From IMG/VR virus record IMGVR_UViG_3300021364_000011: 64,000 bases of DNA; one strand, given 5' to 3'. Shown here piece by piece: positions 28,081 to 37,053 of this stretch. The DNA is from an uncultured virus (IMG/VR IMGVR_UViG_3300021364_000011). Taxonomy: Duplodnaviria > Heunggongvirae > Uroviricota > Caudoviricetes. The position numbers were made by a program, and so were the translations under genes. The notes beneath the pieces are model-generated. The model did not search any database. It saw nothing but the letters and a program-made list of their open reading frames with translations, and was not told where the DNA came from. How positions within the stretch are numbered: position 1 is the stretch's first letter; every line of letters starts with the position of its first letter.

Positions 28081-28686
28081 TTATCTTTTTTTACAAATCT
28101 TTTTTGCTCTATGGGTCACATTTATATTATTTGCAAGAACAAGTGCCATAAATGTATTTGTTCCCCTTATAGATGCTTTGTTTAAATTACCATTTCTCCT
28201 GTCATATTCAATAGCGGGTGTTAATACTGCAACCTTATAAAAAATCATAGTATCAAGCGATGGGTCTTTACCAAAGATTGGGTTTGCTTCTTCTACACAT
28301 TCGTATTTAAGACCATGATATGTTGACCATATGTCTGCGAACTGTAAGAAAACAAATAGTGTCCAGTCTCGATTAGAAGGTGGGTCAATCAGTTCCCAAC
28401 GGTGTGAATATTCGTACCTTTTCGGATTTACCCTTAACAAGTATTCTGTCGACTTCTGTAAATGCTCTTGATGGACAGCATTGATAAGTTCGTTCCGATA
28501 GCAACAAGTCCACCCCATCATAATTTCTTGTTTGTCCTTCGAGTCTAGCTCCAAGGTTGACGGCATCTCCAATGACGGAATAGTCAAATCTAATTTCTGA
28601 CCCCATGTTTCCGACAATACATTCTCCTGTGCTAATGCCGATGCCGACATTAATAGGAGGCAGATTGAGAGGAGATAATTCTTCAT
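28081..28686 (-). CDS. Secreted/membrane protein (DUF5658-like C-terminus) overlapping the cyclase 3' end
   Basis: Signal peptide; LQFADIWST..GL...EANP motif. Confidence 0.55.
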   Translation of the reverse strand: MKNYLLSICLLLMSASALAQENVLSETWGQKLDLTIPSLEMPSTLELDSKDKQEIMMGWTCCYRNELINAVHQEHLQKSTEYLLRVNPKRYEYSHRWELIDPPSNRDWTLFVFLQFADIWSTYHGLKYECVEEANPIFGKDPSLDTMIFYKVAVLTPAIEYDRRNGNLNKASIRGTNTFMALVLANNINVTHRAKKICKKR

Positions 28687-30235
28687 TTAATTGTTTAGTT
28701 GCTTCTAATACTTCTAGAGCGGATTTCACTGCAAGGTCGGCGTGGTCTTCACAATCAAGTGGAGCATTCCAAAATGCCATGATACAATCGCCCATATACT
28801 TATCTATGGTTCCACGGTTATTTATGATAATCTTAGTTTGCACATCTAAGAACTTGTTTATCAGTTCTACTAGACCTTCGGGGTCATCATTGTTTTTATA
28901 TGCTTCTGAGATAGGTGTGAACCCACATATGTCCATAAACATGAATGTCATTTCTTTTCTTTCGCCACCTAGTTTAAGTTTACTTGGGTCTTTCTGTAGT
29001 TCTTCAACCATCTCAGGAGATAAATACTTTTGGAACTGTTTCTTAATTTGTTCTTTGAGTTGATAAGTTGTATAGTATTGATTGAAAGAAGCATGTCCAA
29101 ATACTATTAAGGAACTAATTGATGACCAGAAGGTATCGAAAAGAACGAGTTGCGAAGTCCAAACATAGTATCCCCCACCCAATTGAAGTCCAACAATTCC
29201 TAGACTCACTATCGCCGAAAGCGTTGTGGAGACATTGTAGACCACAATCAATATTCCTAGAAGCACTATCAGAAGAAGAACAATCTCAAGCAATTCAAGA
29301 TAGTAGGATTGTTGTATACGAATGTCTTGCAAGACGGTATGGAGAATTGAGGATTGAACTTCATGGGGATACTTTGCACCCAATGGGGTTGAAATTGGAT
29401 TATTCAGACCTTCCGCAGTCAGACCATAAACAAGAATCTTATTACTAAGATTAGATTCAGGTAAGTCAGCGAAAGAAACTCTGTCAAATTTATTCCAATA
29501 AGATATCATTATATCACTTGTTGGAGTTGTCGAAATGGGAGGTTGTTTTCCCATTCTAATCCACTCTACGCCTAATTCAGGAACTACTCTTGTCTGATAC
29601 GATTGTTGGTCAGTCCATGCTCTGAGAAATTCTAATGCGATTGAAGGATATATTTGTTCGTTAGCAGATACTAATAAAGGTGCTGAACGAATTGTGTTAT
29701 CGAAGTTGGCAGTTCCCATAATCGATGGCGTAGCACTTGTTATTCCGACACCATAGGTGTTCAATTGTAGTATCTCAATTGGTGTTGCGATTCCAGGATA
29801 ACCCCATATACTTTCAGCAATATCACCCCCACCAAAAGTTGTAGTCGGCACATAAGGTGCCTGACCTGTTTGTTTTTGTGTAGTAGGTTGTGAACCCAAT
29901 ATTGTTAATCGATTGACTAATGCTTCAGCGAACTCATCATCTTTGCCGAATCTATCAGGTTCACTAAACACCATTGTAAAGATATGGGTATTTGTTGGGT
30001 CTGTTTCCCATAATACATCTGCGTATACATTTCTAGGAAAAGGAAACTGACCGTGTTTCTCTAGTGACTTCTCATCTATGTCAACTAAAACTATGTTGTC
30101 TACTAAGACTTCTTCTTTTTGTTGATGTAGAAAATCGAACCATGACCATGATATGTTTTCTATGAAGTAAGGATTCCAAATCTTCAACCCAACTAGAAGA
30201 CCAATAGTCCCTAGTACCATTTTCCAATTATACAT
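28385..30235 (-). CDS. CHASE2-domain class III adenylate/guanylate cyclase
   Basis: IVLVDIDEKSL..G.FP.PR (CHASE2); 3 TM helices; FMDICGFT, DKYMGDCIMAFW, DYSVIGDAVNLGARLE, VKGK. Confidence 0.93.
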   Translation of the reverse strand: MYNWKMVLGTIGLLVGLKIWNPYFIENISWSWFDFLHQQKEEVLVDNIVLVDIDEKSLEKHGQFPFPRNVYADVLWETDPTNTHIFTMVFSEPDRFGKDDEFAEALVNRLTILGSQPTTQKQTGQAPYVPTTTFGGGDIAESIWGYPGIATPIEILQLNTYGVGITSATPSIMGTANFDNTIRSAPLLVSANEQIYPSIALEFLRAWTDQQSYQTRVVPELGVEWIRMGKQPPISTTPTSDIMISYWNKFDRVSFADLPESNLSNKILVYGLTAEGLNNPISTPLGAKYPHEVQSSILHTVLQDIRIQQSYYLELLEIVLLLIVLLGILIVVYNVSTTLSAIVSLGIVGLQLGGGYYVWTSQLVLFDTFWSSISSLIVFGHASFNQYYTTYQLKEQIKKQFQKYLSPEMVEELQKDPSKLKLGGERKEMTFMFMDICGFTPISEAYKNNDDPEGLVELINKFLDVQTKIIINNRGTIDKYMGDCIMAFWNAPLDCEDHADLAVKSALEVLEATKQLNEELSPLNLPPINVGIGISTGECIVGNMGSEIRFDYSVIGDAVNLGARLEGQTRNYDGVDLLLSERTYQCCPSRAFTEVDRILVKGKSEKVRIFTPLGTD

Positions 30236-31038
30236 TAATTACCTTGGGTTACTGATACTGAACACCCACCAACTGTATTACAAGTTTGTGTTAGAGTGTA
30301 TGATTGATTAGTATCACCTGTTTGAACTAAAGTGAGATTTGTTCCGTATGTTCCGTCTAGTGTGATTGTTGCAGTATGGGCACCGGTTTTCTTTTGAACA
30401 ACTGATACTGTATTGTAGTCGTTATTGATTGTGCCTGTAAGTGTCTTGTCTCCATTCTGTAATTGTTTTGAAAAGACATCATTGTAATCGCCATAGATGT
30501 TCCAAGTCATACTATGTTCTATAGTTTCTGAATCTTGTTTCTGACTGCCTTTGAATTTATTGTAATCGCCGTGAATATCTAATCGAACAAAATTACCACC
30601 TGGTTCATCACCATCGTATGACCAATTAGGTGTTAATGAATTATTGATTTCAAATCCTTGTCCGAAAACAACTTCATTATAGTTGCCCCATATGTGAAAC
30701 TGGAAGTCGTTTTCATTACAACTTGAATCAGAACATTTCTGTTTGACTAAGACATCATTATTATATCCGTCTAAGTCACCACCCCAATTATAACCTGAAC
30801 CCCATGCATCAGTATAACCGATATACATGTTATTACCTTGTTGTAAAAGTTCTATTGTATTGTTTTGATGGTCTGTTGAAAATCTAACCAAGTTGTTAAA
30901 CCCAATCTGGTCTATTTGCAACTCGAAGTTATCACCACCGTTGACTTGTTCTACATGAACATGATTGTCATCGGCAAAAGAAATCATTGGGGTGATTAAC
31001 ACCCCAAAGATTATTGTTAATGTTTTTAAAATATCCAT
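30235..31038 (-). CDS. Curlin-repeat (CsgA/CsgB-like) secreted protein
   Basis: Signal peptide; repeated N-x-V/I-x-x-x-Q-x-G units; start at MDILK. Confidence 0.7.
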   Translation of the reverse strand: MDILKTLTIIFGVLITPMISFADDNHVHVEQVNGGDNFELQIDQIGFNNLVRFSTDHQNNTIELLQQGNNMYIGYTDAWGSGYNWGGDLDGYNNDVLVKQKCSDSSCNENDFQFHIWGNYNEVVFGQGFEINNSLTPNWSYDGDEPGGNFVRLDIHGDYNKFKGSQKQDSETIEHSMTWNIYGDYNDVFSKQLQNGDKTLTGTINNDYNTVSVVQKKTGAHTATITLDGTYGTNLTLVQTGDTNQSYTLTQTCNTVGGCSVSVTQGN

Positions 31039-31172
31039 TGTAATAATAAAACCATAAGTGAACCTTTGATAAAGGCAACCCACATTGCCTGATATTCAGT
31101 CATCTGTAGTCGCTCTATCCATTTATAAACCAAGTCTTCATGCCATTCTAATAAGTGATATATCTTATCCAT
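31026..31172 (-). CDS. 48-aa membrane peptide (MDKIYHLLEWHEDLVYKW...)
   Basis: Hand-translated; strong AGGAGG SD; C-terminal TM helix. Confidence 0.6.
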   Translation of the reverse strand: MDKIYHLLEWHEDLVYKWIERLQMTEYQAMWVAFIKGSLMVLLLQWIF

Positions 31173-31196
31173 AGAATTTCCTCCTGGTCGTGGTAT

Positions 31197-32345
31197 TTAG
31201 TTAGATTGATTGATTATAATCTCAATTGAAGGGTCGCCATTACCAAACTCAATGATACCTTGATAACCATCGACATTTGTTTCTAAAATACCTGCACCGC
31301 CAGCGGCGACAACTATTTCTATGACACCATTCACATTACGATAAAAATATATGTCTCCGTCTTGAACAAAGACATTGTATTGTGAATCTTTATTAAATCC
31401 TAATACTGCACCTCTGAGGTTTACATCAAATGTTCCTCCTGATGATGCCTGAACATCTGAAAGTTGAACTGTAGTCTTTTCTAATTCTTCTACAACATCT
31501 AATAAGTCTACGAGAAAGTCAACATCTAATAAATCTATATCTAATTCTGAAAACTCTAGGTCTTCTTCTGTATCTGCAAGAGCATCACCCTCTAGTTCAT
31601 TAAACTCTAAGAAATCTACATCTAAAAGACCTTGGTCATCATACAAATCATCTTGTGCTTGTTCTTCTATTGCTTGTCTGACTTCGTTAGGTGGATTAAC
31701 AATAAACATATTGTCAATCATTGAAGGTGTAATATTACTGATGACTACTGATTTAGTAGGTGGCGAATCTAATGATGACACCATAGTCGCCTGATATGCT
31801 TCAGTAAGTGTTATTGTTCCGCCTTCGTTAGTCACTTCTATTTCTCCTGATGAATCGCCATTTTCATCTGGTAATAATATGACAAGTGACCTTCCTAGTT
31901 CGTCTATGGTTGTTGTAAAATCTGTTCCTTTGATTGATATTTGTGCCGTAGGTGTTGACACTTTGACATTCTTTTTCTTTATCTTACTGCCTTTACCAGA
32001 AGTAAATCTTGCAGTACCTTGAACCATTCGTATTGACATACGAGATAAATCTGGATTGGGGTCGTAATATGCTTCATCAATATAAGCATATGTGTTCTCA
32101 GTCATATCGAGAACTTCATCATCTAAGAAAACGATTTTCATTCTACCGCTTTCTGTTTTCGCTTCGTCTTTAAGTAAGATATCTTTTCCTACTTCGTTTG
32201 TAATTTTTTCTGAATTTCGGGTAAGGAATCCTTCACCACTTGATTCTCTGATATCACCAATGGGGTTGGCGAATGCAACCCCACTGATTAACAAAGTATT
32301 AAGAATCGCTAGACGAATCTTTTTGATTGATTTGAATGACTGCAT
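31197..32345 (-). CDS. FecR-domain periplasmic protein
   Basis: D...T..GRM.I.F.D...., GTARF.SG, V.TPTA.I.IKGTDF, GEIEV.N. Confidence 0.85.
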   Translation of the reverse strand: MQSFKSIKKIRLAILNTLLISGVAFANPIGDIRESSGEGFLTRNSEKITNEVGKDILLKDEAKTESGRMKIVFLDDEVLDMTENTYAYIDEAYYDPNPDLSRMSIRMVQGTARFTSGKGSKIKKKNVKVSTPTAQISIKGTDFTTTIDELGRSLVILLPDENGDSSGEIEVTNEGGTITLTEAYQATMVSSLDSPPTKSVVISNITPSMIDNMFIVNPPNEVRQAIEEQAQDDLYDDQGLLDVDFLEFNELEGDALADTEEDLEFSELDIDLLDVDFLVDLLDVVEELEKTTVQLSDVQASSGGTFDVNLRGAVLGFNKDSQYNVFVQDGDIYFYRNVNGVIEIVVAAGGAGILETNVDGYQGIIEFGNGDPSIEIIINQSN

Positions 32346-33042
32346 TTTCTGAATCAACATCAAGTGTTATGATAGCGTTCGGTGTTGAACAAGCATTACT
32401 TGCCCCACTTACGCATGTGCCTGATATCTGATTGATATCTACATCTGCTGAATCGCCATCTAATGTAAATGTCAATGAGTTTGCACCATCATTTTGTAAT
32501 GTGTTGATATTGTTTGATGAACCATCAATGTCTAGATTCCAAACAATGTCATCTGATTCCCAATCAATGTCAAAGACATTGCTAGTCGAGCCTGATTGTA
32601 AAACTAAGTCGGCATCCAATCTTTCTGCACTTGCTCCAACTTTACCTTGGTCTATATCAAAAGTGTTTGAACTTCCTGTTATAGCAAAGTTAATATTAGA
32701 ACTGTCTGATGAACCTGTCGCACCGATATCCCAATCAAAAATATTGGAATCTCCTGTGACATCTAACTTATAATATGAACTATCTGCTTCTAATGGTCCG
32801 TATAAGATGTTTTGATTTCCGTTGAAATCTAAATCTAATTCGAGTGTAGAACCAGTTATTGTCATAGCAGTTGGAGAAGATGAAAAATCATTCCCTCCTA
32901 TTTTGTTACCAAAACCTACTTGGTCAATATAAAGTTTCAATGTATCACCAACTTGGGTGATTTTTACTTCGTTATCATCAGTGGCTTGTGCGAAAACAAA
33001 TGTTGTCGACATTAGTAATACTAAACTTAAAAGTTTATTCAT
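32299..33042 (-). CDS. Curlin-like beta-solenoid secreted protein
   Basis: Signal peptide; repeated G.SN.F...Q/D units. Confidence 0.65.
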   Translation of the reverse strand: MNKLLSLVLLMSTTFVFAQATDDNEVKITQVGDTLKLYIDQVGFGNKIGGNDFSSSPTAMTITGSTLELDLDFNGNQNILYGPLEADSSYYKLDVTGDSNIFDWDIGATGSSDSSNINFAITGSSNTFDIDQGKVGASAERLDADLVLQSGSTSNVFDIDWESDDIVWNLDIDGSSNNINTLQNDGANSLTFTLDGDSADVDINQISGTCVSGASNACSTPNAIITLDVDSENAVIQINQKDSSSDS

Positions 33043-33988
33043 TTTCGTTATACCCCTCTATTTGCCAGAAACCTCTATCGTGTCCCTGGTATATTAATTC
33101 CAACACGGCAGCTTCTATAGCTGTTCGTGTTGCGTAAGTCACTGACTCATTATTTCCCACCCCATCCTCGATTTCTATGAGTTGAGTTCCTTGTTCTACG
33201 AATCTGAAAACATCTCCGCTAGAACCATAACTCAATACTGTCTTTCGAGTTTGGACATTAAGTAATACTTCTCCAGTGAGAACTGATACAGCTCTCATAG
33301 AGACTGTGACAACATCTTGTTGATATCGTCTTGCGAATCCAATCCCAAGTGTTCTAGCGCCTCGACCACCTGTTTTAATATTGGAATCGTAACCTATAAT
33401 TCCGCCTTCAATAATCATTCCGGCGAATAACAAAGGTTGAACACCTTTTGCTTCAGTGTTAGTTGCCTTTGCATAATCTGTTCTAGCAGAACGAATGATT
33501 TGTCTTTCTCTGACTAAGGCGTCTATACCATTTCGTTCAACTACTCTAAACCATTTTCCTTCACCAGCAGTCTTCAATGCATCGATAACCATCTCGACAC
33601 CACCTTGGGTGACTGCTGTTGAGAAGTCTGCAATACCTTCTCTGTTTTTTCTTTGACCTGTTTTGTCTATAAAATTATAGACTGCTACTATTGGTTTCTC
33701 TTTTGCAGGTGGCAATTGCATAAGTTCAATGTATGAAGGAAGTTTAACTACTTCTGGACCTTCTACACAAATATATTTTCTTGCCATTGTTTTTTTATAA
33801 CCAACATATCCTTGTTTAACTACTGTAAACAAATCATCATTTAAGATACCGTCATTATCAACATCTGTATTAAATCCTTGTGAATATACACCAGCTAAAT
33901 CATTACAATCTTGAGGATTATCAGACCATCTTGGAACTGATGCACACCCTTGTAATAAAATAACTAATGCAAGTAGATACTTAGCCAT
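33035..33988 (-). CDS. csgG: Curli secretion channel CsgG (lipoprotein)
   Basis: Lipobox LQGC; VAVYNF.DKTGQRK, FSTAVTQG, WF.VVER..L.RERQIIR, EGGIIGYD. Confidence 0.92.
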   Translation of the reverse strand: MAKYLLALVILLQGCASVPRWSDNPQDCNDLAGVYSQGFNTDVDNDGILNDDLFTVVKQGYVGYKKTMARKYICVEGPEVVKLPSYIELMQLPPAKEKPIVAVYNFIDKTGQRKNREGIADFSTAVTQGGVEMVIDALKTAGEGKWFRVVERNGIDALVRERQIIRSARTDYAKATNTEAKGVQPLLFAGMIIEGGIIGYDSNIKTGGRGARTLGIGFARRYQQDVVTVSMRAVSVLTGEVLLNVQTRKTVLSYGSSGDVFRFVEQGTQLIEIEDGVGNNESVTYATRTAIEAAVLELIYQGHDRGFWQIEGYNENE

Positions 33989-34487
33989 CGCCGTCACCAC
34001 CGCCTGTATCGGGGTCTTGTCCAAAGTTTCCTGTTCCGACTGGAATTTCTATAACTGTTGTTGTTCCTTCGGTATCAACAATAGTCATCTTTATAAAATC
34101 AGTTCCGTCTTCACCTGTTATAACTTCCCATGTTATTGTGCTTCCTTCTAATACAAACGAACCGAAATTAGATGCAGTGTCATTACTAAACATTGATTCA
34201 ACTAATTGTTTAGATAGCTGTGCATAGATTCTGCTTTCTAGGTTCCTAATAAATTTTGCAAGTGTAGTGTTATCTGCTTCTCTTTCAGCAGCCTTTCTTG
34301 CAGACTCCAATGCGTCTTCTATTGCTTTCTTACGGCTGGACTCTTGGTTCTCAATTGTAAGATAATGAGCACCCGTTCCGATACCTGAGAATGAAGGGTT
34401 TTTAAACTTGTGAACTATCTCCGTTCCGTGAACTTGGAATGATAGTAAAATTGAAATAAAACAAATTGGTAAAATATATTTAATCAT
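33981..34487 (-). CDS. csgF: Curli assembly component CsgF
   Basis: Signal peptide; FKNPSFSG; F...LESRIYAQLS.QL; T.IEIP. Confidence 0.85.
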   Translation of the reverse strand: MIKYILPICFISILLSFQVHGTEIVHKFKNPSFSGIGTGAHYLTIENQESSRKKAIEDALESARKAAEREADNTTLAKFIRNLESRIYAQLSKQLVESMFSNDTASNFGSFVLEGSTITWEVITGEDGTDFIKMTIVDTEGTTTVIEIPVGTGNFGQDPDTGGGDGDG

Positions 34488-34764
34488 TGTCTATGGTTTT
34501 TGCCGAAATCTTTTTCTTTTCATTTTCACGATATTCTAGAACTACGTCAACCTTTTCTTTAAGACGTATGAGGTCTTGGTCTAACATTCTAGTTTGGTCA
34601 ATTACTCGGATTAATGCAAAATGCATTTTTTCAATTTCGGGGTCTATCTTTTCACCAATAAACCACCATACATAATATACGAAATATCCTAGTCCTACCA
34701 TCATAACAACTGGGAATCCGTAATCGGTTATTAGTTCGACAATAAAGGGGACTTCAGCTTCCAT
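34480..34764 (-). CDS. Small membrane protein
   Basis: GFPVV..GLGYF TM plus coiled coil. Confidence 0.65.
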   Translation of the reverse strand: MEAEVPFIVELITDYGFPVVMMVGLGYFVYYVWWFIGEKIDPEIEKMHFALIRVIDQTRMLDQDLIRLKEKVDVVLEYRENEKKKISAKTIDND

Positions 34765-34766
34765 AA

Positions 34767-35063
34767 TTAATCCCTTCTTACATCAAGTTTCCCGTCCTCT
34801 ATAAAGTTTTCTGCTCTTGCAACTCTCTCTATATCGGGTCTTAACTCTAATGCACTTGACACTAGCATATCAATCTTTATCATTTCGTTAGACATTGTTC
34901 TTGCACGATTCTCTAACGATTCACAAAACATTGTAAGTGTCTTAATACTATCGACTATCCCTTCGAAGATTTGTTTGATTACCATGAATATGAAGAACCC
35001 CATGACTAATGCCATTGCAATGGGAACTCCAACGTCACCTATCAAATTAAATACTTCTTCCAT
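34767..35063 (-). CDS. Small membrane protein, paralog-like of 34480..34764
   Basis: GVPIA.AL.MGFFI TM plus coiled coil. Confidence 0.65.
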   Translation of the reverse strand: MEEVFNLIGDVGVPIAMALVMGFFIFMVIKQIFEGIVDSIKTLTMFCESLENRARTMSNEMIKIDMLVSSALELRPDIERVARAENFIEDGKLDVRRD

Positions 35064-35069
35064 ACCTTC

Positions 35070-35077
35070 TATTTATA
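35070..35077 (-). promoter_or_regulatory. T4-type late promoter TATAAATA heading the curli operon
   Basis: Exact consensus, 6 nt upstream of ATG 35063. Confidence 0.75.
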
Positions 35078-35078
35078 A

Positions 35079-35102
35079 TAAAAAGGGGGACACTGTCCCC
35101 CT
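35079..35102 (-). terminator. Rho-independent terminator
   Basis: AGGGGGAC-AGT-GTCCCCCT followed by a T run. Confidence 0.8.
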
Positions 35103-35124
35103 AAAATGATTTTTTGTCAACTAA

Positions 35125-35364
35125 TTAAAGTTGGTCACGAATTTCTGAAATAACTGCAGCTTTAGCACCACTCTTTTTAACTTTTAGATTTTTCTTCTCT
35201 GCAAGTTCAATCAGTTGGTTCTTAGTTAACTTCTTTAGTTCTGCAACACTTGGTTTTTTAGGTGTTGAAACTGGTGCTTCAACATTTACCTTTTTATCTT
35301 TTTTGTTGTTTGAAACAAAGTAAGCAACTACTAATACTGCTACTATAATTCCTATAATTTCCAT
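35125..35364 (-). CDS. Membrane-anchored protein with Rho-N/SAP-like C-terminal domain
   Basis: N-terminal TM; ELKKLTKNQLIELA...KA.VI. Confidence 0.6.
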   Translation of the reverse strand: MEIIGIIVAVLVVAYFVSNNKKDKKVNVEAPVSTPKKPSVAELKKLTKNQLIELAEKKNLKVKKSGAKAAVISEIRDQL

Positions 35365-35381
35365 AATTATATACCTCTAAT

Positions 35382-35588
35382 TTATTTATCTAACAATGGG
35401 TTTTTGTCTTTTGCTTTACCTATTGCAAGTGCAAGGACTTCTAACCATTTATACACTTTAGCCCAAACTTTATCGTCTGCTGGTGTTGGTGTTAAAGCAA
35501 CAATCACACTACAGATTGATATTACCACTGGAATTACCATAAGTAAATTCCAAATTCCCATAATGAAATCTATGATAGCTGAGAACAT
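35382..35588 (-). CDS. Small membrane protein (holin-like)
   Basis: TM helix; ALTPTPADD motif; late promoter at 35603-35610. Confidence 0.55.
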   Translation of the reverse strand: MFSAIIDFIMGIWNLLMVIPVVISICSVIVALTPTPADDKVWAKVYKWLEVLALAIGKAKDKNPLLDK

Positions 35589-35620
35589 AGTTCCTCCTGT
35601 TATATTTATAATCCCTATAT

Positions 35621-36031
35621 TTAGGTATTATTTGACCCAATCGAGTATTTTGTTGTCAATTTCCACTCGTTTTTTTCTCTAAATGGAATGATTTTTATCT
35701 GACTCAATGGTGCTTTTGGTTCAGATACTTGGTGCGCATGAACTACTGAAACTAGTTTCCATTGTTCTAAAAGTGACACTATAGTGTTCCTTCTTGCAAT
35801 ATCTGATTCATCTAAGTTAGAAGGTTTCCCGTCTAACAAGAATAATTCTTTAAAATGTGTTATATAATACTTACCACGTTTGTGAAGTATATGACATGAT
35901 TGGAAAAGTTCTTTATCTTTACGAGAAGCTACACCAATTCTAGAGAGTGTTTCTCTTATTTTTAAAAAGTCCTCTTTTTCGGGAAATGTGACCTCTACAA
36001 GGTCTTTGATTATTTCTTCTTGGTTATCCAT
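35621..36031 (-). CDS. regA: RegA translational repressor
   Basis: DFLKIRETLSRIG, QSCHILHK.G.YYI.HFKELF. Confidence 0.95.
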   Translation of the reverse strand: MDNQEEIIKDLVEVTFPEKEDFLKIRETLSRIGVASRKDKELFQSCHILHKRGKYYITHFKELFLLDGKPSNLDESDIARRNTIVSLLEQWKLVSVVHAHQVSEPKAPLSQIKIIPFREKNEWKLTTKYSIGSNNT

Positions 36032-36416
36032 TATCCTTACCACCAGTTTTCATTCTGTTTTTCAATTCACGATATTGTTTTTCAGATAGAAGATTGACAT
36101 ATTCTTTTGCCTCTCTAGTTGATATCTGATAATACTCTTTTAAAGTATCGAGTTTTTTACTAACATAAGGTTTACTCCATTTGGAAAACCTTTGTCTTTT
36201 CCTAAGAGTATTTAGGAAAAACACGTATTGAAGACGATTGTCCACCCCGTGTCTGACGTTCATTTCGTTAGTAAGAAAAACAGAATCTTGGTGATAAGAT
36301 AATGCTTTGTTAATTAAGAATGGTTGATATGCTTTCTCTTCGATATCATCAACCATGATATCTTTTTTGTCGTAAGAGACCGACTTTACAAAATCAAAAG
36401 GATTCCTTTTAGACAT
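36024..36416 (-). CDS. 62: Clamp loader small subunit gp62
   Basis: Y.PF.IN.ALS, NEMN, LRKR.RFSKW. Confidence 0.9.
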   Translation of the reverse strand: MSKRNPFDFVKSVSYDKKDIMVDDIEEKAYQPFLINKALSYHQDSVFLTNEMNVRHGVDNRLQYVFFLNTLRKRQRFSKWSKPYVSKKLDTLKEYYQISTREAKEYVNLLSEKQYRELKNRMKTGGKDNG

Positions 36417-36678
36417 GTCTTCTGTATTCGTATACTAGTTCTTCACCTTTGAGTTCTTTCCCAAAGTAAACTGTATATCCGTCATGAGTTTCTCTTTTAA
36501 TAAGTCCACTGAAGTATTGAGTATCCATTACAGATTTTCCGTCTTCAGTATCTTGTGGTCTTGTATCATACCACATTGAATTAAGTGAATGTGCATGAAC
36601 TGATTTAATAGTTTTTGCCCACTCTTCAGCTGCTAGTAAGTCTCTTTGAAATTGGACTCTCTCGTCATATTGTGTCAT
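36409..36678 (-). CDS. Hypothetical protein
   Basis: 89-aa coupled ORF. Confidence 0.6.
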   Translation of the reverse strand: MTQYDERVQFQRDLLAAEEWAKTIKSVHAHSLNSMWYDTRPQDTEDGKSVMDTQYFSGLIKRETHDGYTVYFGKELKGEELVYEYRRHV

Positions 36679-36679
36679 T

Positions 36680-36931
36680 TTACACTACCTCCACTACTGA
36701 TTCTGAGTCATTATCCATGCACCCATTCCAAGAATCATTTTCCTCATACAAGAATTCTTGACATCTTTTAAAGTTTTCTCTCCATGCATCAGAGTCAAAC
36801 TTATCGTTCCACTCTAGGTCTGAGCCTTCTTCTATGGGTATAAATTTATAACTAGGACTCCAAGGAGTGCTAGAATGAGTTGAACAACCACTAATCAGTA
36901 GTGTCAGGCACATCAAGAATAATGCTTTCAT
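36680..36931 (-). CDS. Small lipoprotein
   Basis: Lipobox LISGC. Confidence 0.6.
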   Translation of the reverse strand: MKALFLMCLTLLISGCSTHSSTPWSPSYKFIPIEEGSDLEWNDKFDSDAWRENFKRCQEFLYEENDSWNGCMDNDSESVVEVV

Positions 36932-37053
36932 GTATTATCTCCGTCATTATATTTAACTTTCGATTTGTCAAACAATTTATTTGCTTGTCTTTGAAAAGAC
37001 TTTTCGACTTGTTTATCAAACCAACTAAAAAACCATTTTCTAAGTTTACCCAT
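36928..37053 (-). CDS. 41-aa hypothetical peptide (MGKLRKWFFSWFDKQVEKSFQRQA...)
   Basis: Hand-translated; coupled to the gp44 stop and the next ATG. Confidence 0.5.
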   Translation of the reverse strand: MGKLRKWFFSWFDKQVEKSFQRQANKLFDKSKVKYNDGDNT

